Numbered from the stretch's first letter, positions 1 through 9,618 are shown. The stretch: 64,000 bases of DNA from an uncultured Clostridia bacterium (GCA_934162535.1 CAKPJC010000004.1:30540-94539), one strand, 5' to 3'. The notes: a model not told the origin generated them from the sequence alone. Made by a program: numbers and translations.

Positions 1-760
1 CATCTTCATTTTTTATGTATAATTCATTCATAACTCTTCTTACCCATACATCTATTGGAAAAACTTCAAATCTTTTTAGTGTTGAAAATAATAAAATACA
101 ATCTGCTACTTTAGAGCCAACACCTGATAATGTTAATAGTTTTTCTCTTACTTCATATGTGTTTGGATTTTTTTGTAGTTCTTCTAATTTTATTTCTCCA
201 TTTGATATCATTTTTACTGTTTCATATAGTCTTATATCTCTAAATCCTGTTCCAAGTTCTCTATACTCTTCTACTGTAACATCTTTTAGCTCTTCTACTG
301 TTGGAAATGTATAATATTTCTCTTCATTCCATTTTATTTCTTTTCCATATTTTTTTGACATTTTTTCTATTATTCCTTTTATTCTTGGAATATTGTTGTT
401 TGCTGAAATTATGTATGATATTATCATTTCCCACAAGTCTTGATTTAGTATTCTTATCCCTTTTCCGTATTCTATGCTTGTTTTTACATTTTCATCTATT
501 TGAGCCAATTTTTCTTTTATTTGTTTATAGTTTCTGTTTAAGTCAAAGTAATCCTCAACTGTTTCTTTTATATCATTTTCACAAATTCCATGGAATATGA
601 TTGTATCTTTATCTTTTTTGACATTCATTACATTGTTTTTGAATACTCCTGTATAACTTCCATCTTCTTGTTTGTTCCATCTAAAACATTGACCACATTC
701 AAATATATCTTTTGGTTCAAATGAGTCTATATTTTTTATTGTGTATTTTTGCTCTTTCAT
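1..760 (-). CDS. ogg: 8-oxoguanine DNA glycosylase / AP lyase (Ogg, HhH-GPD family); C-terminal end lies outside the window
   Basis: Not in the supplied ORF track because it runs off the window. My translation of the minus strand from the ATG at 758-760 (RBS GAGAGAGGT upstream) gives MKEQKYTIKNIDSFEPKDIFECGQCFRWNKQEDG... It carries the HhH-GPD signature LLTLSGVGSKVADCILLF and PIDVWVRRV. Confidence 0.75.
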   Translation of the reverse strand, partial: MKEQKYTIKNIDSFEPKDIFECGQCFRWNKQEDGSYTGVFKNNVMNVKKDKDTIIFHGICENDIKETVEDYFDLNRNYKQIKEKLAQIDENVKTSIEYGKGIRILNQDLWEMIISYIISANNNIPRIKGIIEKMSKKYGKEIKWNEEKYYTFPTVEELKDVTVEEYRELGTGFRDIRLYETVKMISNGEIKLEELQKNPNTYEVREKLLTLSGVGSKVADCILLFSTLKRFEVFPIDVWVRRVMNELYIKNED

Positions 761-810
761 TTTTACCTCTCTCTCGTATTTTATTATACACTATTTAAAA
801 GCATTTTAAA

Positions 811-835
811 AGAGGTGTTTTATATTTGCACCTCT
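811..835 (-). terminator. Rho-independent terminator after the Lon-like gene
   Basis: Hairpin AGAGGTG(11 nt)CACCTCT overlaps the stop codon. It is followed by a T-run on the minus strand. Confidence 0.55.
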
Positions 836-3227
836 ATTTGTTTTCACTTATTTTTGCATATTTTTTTAGTTTCTCATGTACTAAATAGTTTATAGTACCT
901 AATGGAAATTTACCTTCTTTATCTTTTTTACCAGCTGGAACACCTGTTAATACTTCAATTCCCTCATCTATTGTTGATACAGCATATATATGGAATTGTT
1001 TGTTTTTCACTGCATTAACAACATCATCTGATAGCTGTAAGTTATTTATATTTTGTACTGGTATCATTACACCATGTGTTCCATCAAGACCCCTCATTTT
1101 ACATATTTGGAAAAATCCTTCAATCTTTTCATTTACTCCACCTATTGGTTGTATTTGACCTTTTTGGTTTACCGAACCTGTTACTGCTATTGACTGTTTT
1201 ATTGGTATTTCTGAAAGACTTGATAATAGTCCATATAGTTCTGTACTTGATGCACTGTCTCCATCTACTCCATTATATAGTTGCTCAAAACATATGCTTG
1301 CTGTTAAACATAGTGGAATGTCTTGTGCAAATAATTCTCCTAAATATCCTGATAAAATATATACACCTTTTGAGTGTGTTGAGCCTGAAAGTTCAACTTC
1401 CCTTTCTATGTTTACTATTCCACCTTTCCCCGTGTATGTGTTTACTGTAATTTTTACTGGTTTTCCAAATGTATAGTCTCCTATTGACATTACTGTTAAA
1501 CCATTTATTTCACCTACTGAAGCTCCTTTTGTATTTATTAATAAAGTATTCTCTTTTATCATTTCCAAGTATCTTTCATCATATTTTCTTATTCTGTCAT
1601 TTCTTTCTATTAAAGCCTTGTTTATAAATTCTTCTGTTACAATTTTTGATTTTGCAAGTTTTGCCCATGTTGACGCTTCTCCTATTATTTGTGATAAGTC
1701 ACTAAATCGTGTTGATATTTTTTCCTTATCTCCTGCGAGTTTTGATGCATATTCTACCATTCTTGCCATCGCACATCTGTCTAAATGTAATAGTCCTTCT
1801 TGTTCGCAAAATGTGTGTACAAATCTTGCAAGTTTGTTTACGTTTTCTGCATTTATTGGTGCAGTTTCCTCAAATTCTACTTTTATTTTAAATAATTTTC
1901 TAAAGTCTGAATCCATTGATAATAGTGTATGATATATATTTCCATTTCCTACTATTATTACTTTTATATCTAGTGGGATAGGCTCTGGTTTTAATGAAAT
2001 CATTGCCATTGATGTTCTTTGTTCATTTGTGTTGTCTATACTCAATTCTTTTATTCTTAGTACTCTTTTTAATTCTTTATAACATATTGGATTTGATAAT
2101 AAGTCTTTTGCTTGAAATATTATATATCCACCATTTGCCTTGTGCATTAATCCTGGTTTTAACATTGTAAAGTCTGTTTTTAGTGCTCCATAATAGTTCT
2201 CATATTCAAGCTTTCCAAATAGATTATGATATGAGTAGTTTGAATCCATTATTGCTGGACATCCTTCTTTGTTACTATTATCTATAAACAAATTTACTCT
2301 ATAGTTTAAGCATGGATCCACTTTTCTTTGCATTGGATTTTGTGGCTGTTGCTGTTGGTCTTTTTGTATTTTGTCTTCTTCTAAAAAGTATGATACATTT
2401 TTTAGTACGTCTTGTTTTACATCATTTAAGAATTGGTTTATTTTTTTGTTTCTTTTGTATTTTGATTTTATATAGTTTATATGTGCATTTACTGTTAATA
2501 GTGCTACATTTGACTGCCATTCTGATACTTTTTTGTCAGATTGTCTTTCTATTTGTTTTATTTGACTTATTGCTTCCATTATTTGTTGTTGTACTATTAC
2601 TGATTTTGCTTCATATTCTTGTTTTATTTTTTCGTCTAGTTTATCAAATTCTTCTTCTGGTATTACTTTTCCATCTATTATAGGCATCATGTATATTCCA
2701 TTTTGTGCAGATTTTACTTGAAATCCATGTTTTAGTGAGTCATTGTTTAGCTTTGTCATTAGTGTCTCTCTTTTTTCTTCAAATTCTTTTTTTATTAGTC
2801 CTTTTTCTTTTTCAAAGTCTTCTGCATTAAATGTTTTTTTTATGTCCTTTTTTACTTCTTTTATAAAGCCATCCATGTTTTCTTTGAATTCTTTTCCTTG
2901 TCCAGCTGGTAGCGCTACTGCTACTGGCTCATTTGGATTTTGGAAGTTATATATATAACACCAGTCATTTGGAGTTTTTCTCTTTTTTGATATTTCATCT
3001 AAATAGTGTTTTGCATACATTGTTTTTCCAACTCCACTTGGTCCTTCTATATATATGTTGTTTCCTTTTACTTCAACATTTACTCCAAATTCTAGTGCTT
3101 TTATTCCTCTTTCTTGCCCTATTCCATCATTTATTTCTTGTAGTTCTTGTGTTGTTTCAAAGTCAAATAATTTTGTATCACATATCATTTTTAAGTCTCT
3201 GTAACTTAATTCTTTTTTATCTTTCAT
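834..3227 (-). CDS. Lon-family ATP-dependent protease (LonC-like: AAA+ module with coiled-coil insertion plus S16 protease domain)
   Basis: 797-aa ORF. Walker A GPSGVGKT, a long K/E-rich coiled-coil insertion, and a C-terminal Lon protease domain with DGDSASSTELYGLLSSL and QKGQIQPIGGVNEKIEGFF. Confidence 0.8.
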   Translation of the reverse strand: MKDKKELSYRDLKMICDTKLFDFETTQELQEINDGIGQERGIKALEFGVNVEVKGNNIYIEGPSGVGKTMYAKHYLDEISKKRKTPNDWCYIYNFQNPNEPVAVALPAGQGKEFKENMDGFIKEVKKDIKKTFNAEDFEKEKGLIKKEFEEKRETLMTKLNNDSLKHGFQVKSAQNGIYMMPIIDGKVIPEEEFDKLDEKIKQEYEAKSVIVQQQIMEAISQIKQIERQSDKKVSEWQSNVALLTVNAHINYIKSKYKRNKKINQFLNDVKQDVLKNVSYFLEEDKIQKDQQQQPQNPMQRKVDPCLNYRVNLFIDNSNKEGCPAIMDSNYSYHNLFGKLEYENYYGALKTDFTMLKPGLMHKANGGYIIFQAKDLLSNPICYKELKRVLRIKELSIDNTNEQRTSMAMISLKPEPIPLDIKVIIVGNGNIYHTLLSMDSDFRKLFKIKVEFEETAPINAENVNKLARFVHTFCEQEGLLHLDRCAMARMVEYASKLAGDKEKISTRFSDLSQIIGEASTWAKLAKSKIVTEEFINKALIERNDRIRKYDERYLEMIKENTLLINTKGASVGEINGLTVMSIGDYTFGKPVKITVNTYTGKGGIVNIEREVELSGSTHSKGVYILSGYLGELFAQDIPLCLTASICFEQLYNGVDGDSASSTELYGLLSSLSEIPIKQSIAVTGSVNQKGQIQPIGGVNEKIEGFFQICKMRGLDGTHGVMIPVQNINNLQLSDDVVNAVKNKQFHIYAVSTIDEGIEVLTGVPAGKKDKEGKFPLGTINYLVHEKLKKYAKISENK

Positions 3228-3338
3228 TTTTTCCTCCGTGCACTTTTATTTTATCCCTTTTTTTCTTTTTTATTTTATATTAGTTGTATTTTTTTGTAAA
3301 GTATTTTTATGATTTTTGTTGAAGTTTTTGGCACTTCT

Positions 3339-3764
3339 TTAATCATTAATTTTTTTTAGTGTTTCTATTTTTATTTCTTGATTTTGATTATTTTCCATGT
3401 ATGTAACATATGCTTTTATAATTTTCACAGCACTTCCATCATCATAATCTTCTACAGCTATTTCTACTTTATATCCTTTTGGAACATCTAAATCGGCTAG
3501 TGTTGAAATATTGCTTTCGCTTATTTCTTTTTTACCTTCATCATCACCTATTTTTGTATTTTTTAAATTTGAAAAGTCCTCAAGTTTCATTCTTTCTATT
3601 GTATTTATTGCTAAATTTGTTGCTTCAGCTTTTCTATTTATTTTCTTTGTGGTTACTGATGTATTATAAAAGAGGCCTGTTATTAATGATACAAATAATA
3701 TTAATATTAGTACAGATATTGCAATATCAATTCCTGTTACCCCTTTACTATTTTTTAAATTCAT
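3339..3764 (-). CDS. Stand-alone pilin/pseudopilin-like protein (class III signal-peptide-like N-terminus)
   Basis: 141-aa ORF. N-terminus MNLKNSKGVTGIDIAISVLILILFVSLITGLFYN resembles a prepilin leader plus hydrophobic helix, with Asp instead of Glu at +5 after the Gly. About 80% identical to the first 141 residues of the gene at 3911-5713. Confidence 0.6.
   Translation of the reverse strand: MNLKNSKGVTGIDIAISVLILILFVSLITGLFYNTSVTTKKINRKAEATNLAINTIERMKLEDFSNLKNTKIGDDEGKKEISESNISTLADLDVPKGYKVEIAVEDYDDGSAVKIIKAYVTYMENNQNQEIKIETLKKIND
3339..3764. repeat. Copy A of a ~425-bp direct duplication (pilin-like module)
   Basis: Nucleotide-level similarity to 5290-5713. Example: TTTTTTAGTGTTTCTATTTTTATTTCTTG.TTTTGATTATTTTCCATGTATGTAACATATGCT occurs in both copies. 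Confidence 0.8.
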
Positions 3765-3800
3765 AATAACTTCCCCTTTTTATTTTTTCTTATACTTATT

Positions 3801-3829
3801 AAACTAACATTTTCACACTAATTTGTCAA
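3801..3829 (-). promoter_or_regulatory. Putative sigma-A promoter for 3339-3764
   Basis: The minus strand reads TTGACA, a 17-nt spacer ending in TGt, then TAGTTT (extended -10). Confidence 0.4.
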
Positions 3830-3840
3830 GATATTTTTAA

Positions 3841-3875
3841 AAGAACAAATAAGAAAATTTTTCTTATTTGTTCTT
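3841..3875 (-). terminator. Rho-independent terminator after 3911-5713
   Basis: Perfect 15-bp stem AAGAACAAATAAGAA / TTCTTATTTGTTCTT with a 5-nt loop. A T-run follows on the minus strand. Confidence 0.7.
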
Positions 3876-3910
3876 ACCCGATTTTAATTCTTGTAACTTT
3901 TTTATTACAA

Positions 3911-5713
3911 CTATTTTACATACAATGCTATTCTGTACCCCGTGTCTATATCTGTCGTTGTTGCTGATATTTCTTCTCTTTTTGTTATTGCATTATTTCC
4001 TATATTGAAATATTTTCCTCCTCTTATTATGTAATTGTCTCCAGTTTTTTCTGCTGTTATTTCTGCCATGTTCCCTGCTATGTCATATAGGTTGTTTATT
4101 TTCCATGCATCACTATATCCTGTTACCTCACTTGTGTTTGGCGATACAGAGTAATTTAATGTTACTGTTGATACATCTGTAAAATATGCTAGTCTTGTAT
4201 CTTGCTTTATCGCTACGACTTTTTCCATTTTTGTATTAGCTTTTCCAACAGTGATTGTATTAGGTCCCCATGGTGTATCTGAATCAAAGTCTATTTCAGC
4301 CCCTTTTTGTATTGCATATATGTCTATATCAATTCCTGTATCTTTCGATATTTTACTATCATTAATATTATTTGTTATATTAATTGGAATTTGAATCGTA
4401 TCCTTAGATTTTATTATCTCCTTATAGTACCAAACTCCAGCTTTTTTTATCCATTTATCCGGTTGTTCTGAATTGTATTCAATTGATTTTATGTTATCAC
4501 TATTATTTGATGTATCTTTAATTGCTATATATGCATCTGTATCTCCAGTATTTGTGATTCTTAAACTTGTCATACTTTTACTTTCGTATGATGGAGCCTG
4601 TATTGATGTATGCTGTAATTCAGTATCAATACTCAGTGTTTTAATACTTGGAACATAAAATCCAAATCTCTTTTTTGATAAGCAAACACTTTTTATTGCA
4701 TTATTGTTTTTATTTTCAAACATAATTGATGAAAATGTTTTCCCTATGTTCTGTCTATTGAAGTCACAATAGTTACCATAATTATCCACTTCATTTATAT
4801 CGTATGTTTTTTTTATCCAAGCCATTGCATTATCCCATTGCTTACCATATACAGGTGTTGAAGTAACTTCCCAACTACTATCTTTTGAATACATTTCTCT
4901 GGCTTCTGCTATTGCATTAATTGGCGTCATATTTGTTTTTGGTTGATATCCACGCATTGATACTGGTTTACCATCTTTTTCTCCAATTTCATATCTACTT
5001 ACGAAATATCCACCATATTTTTTTATACTTTTTTCTATATTCTTTTGTTCCTCTTCTGAATTTGCATCTACATTGTCTGTGTATGTTTTTCCGGTTCCAT
5101 CATAATCTTTTGTATTATAATCTGTAGTTGGTATCCATACAAATTGGTTTCTTGTTTTTCTCGCTGTTTCAACATTACTGTTTGTTACAGGGTCTGTTCC
5201 CTCATATATTACTAATCCTTTTTCTTTATCATTTTCTCCGTCTGCCCCTGACACAACAAACCCAGCAGGTATTGGTACTTCTTTTTCCCCACTGTCAACT
5301 TTTTTTAGTGTTTCTATTTTTATTTCTTGGTTTTGATTATTTTCCATGTATGTAACATATGCTCTTATTATTTTTGCAGCACTTCCATCATCATAATCTT
5401 CTACAGCTACTTCTACCTTATACCCATTTGGAATATCTAAATCTGCTAATGTAGAAATATTGCTTTCATTTATTCCTTTTCTGCCATCATCATCACCAGT
5501 TTTTGTGTTTTCTAAATCAGCAAAGTCCACAAGTTTCATTCTTTCTATTACACTTATTGCTAGATTTGTTGCTTCTGTTTTTCTATCTATTTTTTTTGTT
5601 GTTACAGCTGTATTGTAGAAAAGACCTGATATTAATGATATAAATATTATTAATATTACTACAGATACGGCAATATCTACTCCTGTTACTCCTTTATTAT
5701 TCTTTAGTTTCAT
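3911..5713 (-). CDS. Pilin-like N-terminal module fused to an FGE-sulfatase (SUMF1/C-type-lectin-like) domain carrying an inserted TasA/camelysin-like beta-sandwich
   Basis: The ORF track gives 3911-5758. The RBS AAAGGAGAAAAACATA precedes the ATG at 5713 (MKLKNNKGVTGVDIAVSV...). FGE-like motifs: FVWIPT, GGYFVSRYEIG, YGKQWDNAMAWI, NNLYDIAGNMAEIT, IRGGKY. The insert with ITNTGDTDAYIAIK ... WYY ... IDIYAIQ resembles TasA/CalY-type domains. Confidence 0.6.
   Translation of the reverse strand: MKLKNNKGVTGVDIAVSVVILIIFISLISGLFYNTAVTTKKIDRKTEATNLAISVIERMKLVDFADLENTKTGDDDGRKGINESNISTLADLDIPNGYKVEVAVEDYDDGSAAKIIRAYVTYMENNQNQEIKIETLKKVDSGEKEVPIPAGFVVSGADGENDKEKGLVIYEGTDPVTNSNVETARKTRNQFVWIPTTDYNTKDYDGTGKTYTDNVDANSEEEQKNIEKSIKKYGGYFVSRYEIGEKDGKPVSMRGYQPKTNMTPINAIAEAREMYSKDSSWEVTSTPVYGKQWDNAMAWIKKTYDINEVDNYGNYCDFNRQNIGKTFSSIMFENKNNNAIKSVCLSKKRFGFYVPSIKTLSIDTELQHTSIQAPSYESKSMTSLRITNTGDTDAYIAIKDTSNNSDNIKSIEYNSEQPDKWIKKAGVWYYKEIIKSKDTIQIPINITNNINDSKISKDTGIDIDIYAIQKGAEIDFDSDTPWGPNTITVGKANTKMEKVVAIKQDTRLAYFTDVSTVTLNYSVSPNTSEVTGYSDAWKINNLYDIAGNMAEITAEKTGDNYIIRGGKYFNIGNNAITKREEISATTTDIDTGYRIALYVK
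5290..5713. repeat. Copy B of the ~425-bp direct duplication (pilin-like module)
   Basis: See copy A. The encoded peptides are about 80% identical over 141 residues. Confidence 0.8.
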
Positions 5714-5748
5714 TATGTTTTTCTCCTTTTCTCTTACTATACTTAAAT

Positions 5749-5777
5749 ATACTATCAATGATGCCAGTTTTTGTCAA
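5749..5777 (-). promoter_or_regulatory. Putative sigma-A promoter for 3911-5713
   Basis: The minus strand reads TTGACA, a 17-nt spacer, then TAGTAT. Confidence 0.4.
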
Positions 5778-5844
5778 TACCTTTTGACCAAAAACAAACA
5801 AGAAAAATAGATGTCCTCTTTTTGATTCCATCTACTTTCTTTTA

Positions 5845-6411
5845 CTATTCAGCTTTTTTTTCTTTTTTTTCTGTTTTTACTTCTTTAGCTGGTTTCGCTT
5901 CTTTTTCAACTACTTCTTCAGTTTTTTCAGCTGTTTCAACTTTTGCTTCTACAACTGGTGCTTCAGGAGCAACTTCTTTGCTAACTACTTCTTCAACTTT
6001 TTCTACTTCTTTAGCTGGTTCTTCAACATCGTCTCCTTTGATAACGATTTCTTTGTTTTCAATTCTTGCTCCAACCATTTCTTTAGTCTTAGAAGCTTTA
6101 CCTGTTCTTTCTCTTAGATAGTATAATTTAGCTCTTCTTGCTTTACCAACTCTAACTACTTCTACTTTTTCTACTAGTGGTGAATGAATTAAAAATGTTT
6201 TTTCTACACCTACACCATATGATATTTTTCTTACTGTAAATGTGCTATTTACTCCTCCACCTTGTTTTTTAATTATTATTCCTTCAAATACTTGGATTCT
6301 TTCTTTATTTCCTTCTTTTATTTTAACATGTACTCTAACTGTGTTTCCAACTTTTAGGTCTGGAATTTTGTTTTTTAATTGTTCATGTTCTATTGATTTT
6401 ATGATATCCAT
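5845..6411 (-). CDS. rplS: 50S ribosomal protein L19 with a ~70-aa K/E/V/A-rich C-terminal extension
   Basis: [44 protein letters not shown]...[11 protein letters not shown] is canonical L19. The ORF continues to 188 aa. Confidence 0.95.
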   Translation of the reverse strand: MDIIKSIEHEQLKNKIPDLKVGNTVRVHVKIKEGNKERIQVFEGIIIKKQGGGVNSTFTVRKISYGVGVEKTFLIHSPLVEKVEVVRVGKARRAKLYYLRERTGKASKTKEMVGARIENKEIVIKGDDVEEPAKEVEKVEEVVSKEVAPEAPVVEAKVETAEKTEEVVEKEAKPAKEVKTEKKEKKAE

Positions 6412-6466
6412 TAGTATTTACCTCCTTCTTTCTTTATGTAAGCGGTACTTTATTAGTACTTTACAA

Positions 6467-7177
6467 CTATTTTATTATTTCTAAATATTCTTTGTCTTCT
6501 TCAGACAGTTCTACATTTTTTAATAATTCTGGTCTTTTTTTATAAGTATTTTTTAATGCTTCACATCTTCTCCATTTATTTATGTTTTCATGATGCCCTG
6601 ATTGCAGTATTTCTGGAACCTTAACACCTTCAAATGTTTCTGGTCTTGTATATTGTGGATATTCAAGTATTCCCTGTGAAAATGATTCTTCTGATGTTGA
6701 ATCTTCACTAAGTACCCCTTCTACATATCTACTAACACTGTCGATTAGTATCATCGCTGGAAGTTCCCCTCCTGTGAGTACATAATCACCTATAGATATT
6801 TCTTCGTCTACAATTTTGTCCAATACTCTTTGGTCTATTCCTTCATAATGTCCACATAGTAAAATAAGATGTTTTTCTTTACTTAGTTCCTCGACCTTTT
6901 TTTGGTTTAATACTTTTCCCTGTGGTGTTAGATATATTACTTTTGCATTTTCATCTTTTATTGAGTTATATGCATCATATACTACATCTGGCTGAATTAC
7001 CATTCCAGCTCCACCACCATATGGAGTGTCATCTACTTTTTTATGTTTATTTTTAGAAAAGTCTCTAATATTTATCAAATTAATTTGTATTAGTTTTTTT
7101 TCTTCAGCTTTTCCAATTACACTTTTCTTTACTGCTTCAAACATTTCTGGAAATAGTGTTAATACATCAAATTTCAT
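6467..7177 (-). CDS. trmD: tRNA (guanine37-N1)-methyltransferase
   Basis: MKFDVLTLFPEMFE..., DDTPYGGGAGMV, SIGDYVLTGGELPAM. Sits in the conserved trmD-rplS context. Confidence 0.95.
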   Translation of the reverse strand: MKFDVLTLFPEMFEAVKKSVIGKAEEKKLIQINLINIRDFSKNKHKKVDDTPYGGGAGMVIQPDVVYDAYNSIKDENAKVIYLTPQGKVLNQKKVEELSKEKHLILLCGHYEGIDQRVLDKIVDEEISIGDYVLTGGELPAMILIDSVSRYVEGVLSEDSTSEESFSQGILEYPQYTRPETFEGVKVPEILQSGHHENINKWRRCEALKNTYKKRPELLKNVELSEEDKEYLEIIK

Positions 7178-7211
7178 CTAATTCCTCCTAATTCACGTTT
7201 TGGGTGAATTA

Positions 7212-7727
7212 TTATATTAAACCTGGTATGAGATGTACTATTATTTTTTCATCTAATATTACTTCTTTGATTACTTCGTCAATTCCTGGTAATAGTATTT
7301 GTTTTCCTAGTTCATCTTTTACTACATATATGTCTTTTCCTCCAGTGTTATATATGTCATCAACTTTTCCAAGTAGCTTTCCTTCATCTGTATAAACATC
7401 TAATCCTATTAGGTCAACTATGTAGTATGTTCCTTCTTCAAGTGGTATCGCATCTTTTCTATCTACTTCTAAAAATGCGTTTCTTAGTTTTTCCGCTGTT
7501 TCAATATTGTCTATACCTTTGAATTTTACTAATACCATGTTTTTATGATATTTTACATTTTCTATTTTATAAAGTTCTGACTTACCTTTGATTTTTACAT
7601 ATACGGTTTTCAATTCGTCAAATCTTGTTATATCATCTGTAAAAGGATTTACTTTTACTTCTCCTTTTATTCCAAATGTATTTACTATTTGACCTATTTC
7701 TAGTCTTTTTTGCATATTTTTCTCCAT
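7212..7727 (-). CDS. rimM: 16S rRNA processing protein RimM
   Basis: LEIGQIVNTFGIKGEVKV motif. Position between the KH protein gene and trmD. TAATG overlap with the upstream stop codon. Confidence 0.9.
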   Translation of the reverse strand: MEKNMQKRLEIGQIVNTFGIKGEVKVNPFTDDITRFDELKTVYVKIKGKSELYKIENVKYHKNMVLVKFKGIDNIETAEKLRNAFLEVDRKDAIPLEEGTYYIVDLIGLDVYTDEGKLLGKVDDIYNTGGKDIYVVKDELGKQILLPGIDEVIKEVILDEKIIVHLIPGLI

Positions 7728-7957
7728 TATCCAATAAATTCTACTGTAACTTTTTTATTTTTTCTATTTGATACAGCTCTTATTATTGTTCTTATAGATT
7801 GTGCAATTTTACCTTGTCTACCTATGATTTTCCCCATATCTCCTTCAGCAACTTTTACTTCAAAGATTATGTTTTTCTCTCCCTCAACTTCTTTTATTTC
7901 TACAGCTTCAGGATTGTCTACTAGATTCTTTATGATTGTTTCTAATATTTCTTTCAT
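7727..7957 (-). CDS. ylqC: KH-domain RNA-binding protein (UPF0109/YlqC family)
   Basis: 76-aa ORF with the GKIIGRQGK KH motif. Conserved position between rpsP and rimM. Confidence 0.85.
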   Translation of the reverse strand: MKEILETIIKNLVDNPEAVEIKEVEGEKNIIFEVKVAEGDMGKIIGRQGKIAQSIRTIIRAVSNRKNKKVTVEFIG

Positions 7958-7966
7958 AGTGTCCTC

Positions 7967-8200
7967 CTATTTTGCATTTTTTATTAATGCTTTTACTGTG
8001 TCTGTTGGTTGTGCACCATTTTTTATCCATTGTTCTAATTTTTCTTGATTTAGAACTATTGTTGATGGTTTTGTCATTGGGTCATATGTTCCTATTTTTT
8101 CGATGATTTTTCCATCTCTTGGAGATTTAGAATCAGCTACAACTATATGATAGAATGGAGCTCTTTTCTTTCCTTCTCTTTGTAATCTTATTTTTACCAT
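7967..8200 (-). CDS. rpsP: 30S ribosomal protein S16
   Basis: [30 protein letters not shown]. The RBS AGGAGGTG lies 8 nt before the ATG at 8200. The track start at 8209 is a GTG inside that RBS. Confidence 0.95.
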   Translation of the reverse strand: MVKIRLQREGKKRAPFYHIVVADSKSPRDGKIIEKIGTYDPMTKPSTIVLNQEKLEQWIKNGAQPTDTVKALIKNAK

Positions 8201-8243
8201 GTTAGTCACCTCCTAATTAATATATGAATTTAAAATTTAATAA

Positions 8244-9596
8244 CTATATTTTGAAGTTTTTTAGGTCATCCATATTCATATTTTTCATCATGTTTTTCAT
8301 TCCACCTTTTCCTGATTTCATTTGTTTCATCATTTTTTGTGTCATTTCAAATGATTTTATGAATTTGTTGATGTCCTGTACTGTTGTTCCACTACCTTTT
8401 GCGATTCTTTGTCTTCTACTTGCATTTAGTAGTTTTACATTTCTTTTTTCTTGTTTTGTCATTGAACATATTATCGCTTCAACTTTGTCAAATTCTTTGT
8501 CATCTACGTTCAAGTCTTTTATTTTATTCATTCCTGGTATCATTTTAAGTAATGATGAGAATGATCCCATTTTTTTCACTTGCCTAATTTGTGCTAAATA
8601 ATCGTCTAAGTCTAATTCTTTTTTTTGTAATTGCTTTTCTAGTGCTTCTGCTTCTTCTTGTGAGATGGTTTCTTCTGCTCTTTCTATTATTGATAATACA
8701 TCTCCCATTCCAAGTATTCTTGATGTCATTCTTTCAGGATTAAATACTTCTATGTCACTTAATTTTTCTCCCGTTGCAGAAAATTTTATTGGCTTTCCTG
8801 TAACTTTCTTTACTGAAAGTGCTGCACCACCACGCGTGTCTCCATCTAATTTTGTTAGTACTACTCCGTCTATTCCTACTGCTTCATTGAAGCTTTTTGC
8901 AATGTTTACTGCATCTTGACCTGTCATTGAGTCTACTACTAATAAGATTTCATGTGGTTTTACATTTTGCTTTACATTTTTTAGTTCTTGCATTAGTTCA
9001 TCATCTATATGTAGCCTTCCTGCTGTATCTAGTATTACTACATCATTTAATTTTGATATTGCCACATTTATTGCTTGTTTTGCTATTTGTACAACATCTC
9101 TTGAATTTTCATTACTATATACCGGAATGTTTAGTTGTGCTCCTACAACCTGCAATTGCTTTATCGCTGCTGGTCTGTATATGTCGCATGCTACTAATAA
9201 TGGTTTTTTTCCTTGTTTTCTTAAAAGATTTGCTAGTTTCCCTGCCGTTGTTGTTTTCCCTGACCCTTGAAGCCCCACTAACATTATTATTGTTGGTGGA
9301 TTTGGAGTAAAGTTTATTTTGCTTTCTGTTCCTCCTAATAGTTCTATCATTTCGTCTTTTACAATTTTTATAACTTGTTGCCCTGGTGTTAATGATTTCA
9401 TTACATCTTGACCTAGTGCCTTCTCTTGTATGTTTGCTATAAATTCTTTTACTATTTTATAGTTTACATCTGCTTCTAGTAATGCAAGTTTTACTTCTCT
9501 TAGCATTTCTTTTAAATCGCTTTCTGTTATTCTTGCTTTTCCTCTAATTTTTCTTGTTATTTCTTGTAATCTTGATGATAGCCCTTCAAATGCCAT
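8244..9596 (-). CDS. ffh: Signal recognition particle protein Ffh
   Basis: GLQGSGKTTTAGKLA, DTAGRL, TKLDGDTRGGAALS, and a Met-rich M domain. Confidence 0.97.
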   Translation of the reverse strand: MAFEGLSSRLQEITRKIRGKARITESDLKEMLREVKLALLEADVNYKIVKEFIANIQEKALGQDVMKSLTPGQQVIKIVKDEMIELLGGTESKINFTPNPPTIIMLVGLQGSGKTTTAGKLANLLRKQGKKPLLVACDIYRPAAIKQLQVVGAQLNIPVYSNENSRDVVQIAKQAINVAISKLNDVVILDTAGRLHIDDELMQELKNVKQNVKPHEILLVVDSMTGQDAVNIAKSFNEAVGIDGVVLTKLDGDTRGGAALSVKKVTGKPIKFSATGEKLSDIEVFNPERMTSRILGMGDVLSIIERAEETISQEEAEALEKQLQKKELDLDDYLAQIRQVKKMGSFSSLLKMIPGMNKIKDLNVDDKEFDKVEAIICSMTKQEKRNVKLLNASRRQRIAKGSGTTVQDINKFIKSFEMTQKMMKQMKSGKGGMKNMMKNMNMDDLKNFKI

Positions 9597-9618
9597 GTTT
9601 TTCTCCTCTCTCTTTTGT

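Noticed and set aside
301-600. Plus-strand ORFs rich in L/F/I/S antisense to real minus-strand genes. Examples: 15-314, 301-600, 2312-2683, 15461-16156, 21292-22395, 26460-26873.
   Set aside because: Their translations are low-complexity hydrophobic strings typical of the antisense frame of AT-rich coding DNA. Each lies wholly inside a minus-strand gene with clear family motifs, and none has an RBS.
834-3227. BREX BrxL, or another defence-associated Lon-like protease.
   Set aside because: No pglZ, brxC, methyltransferase or other BREX components are nearby. The coiled-coil-inserted AAA+ module plus S16 domain fits the widespread LonC-like housekeeping class.
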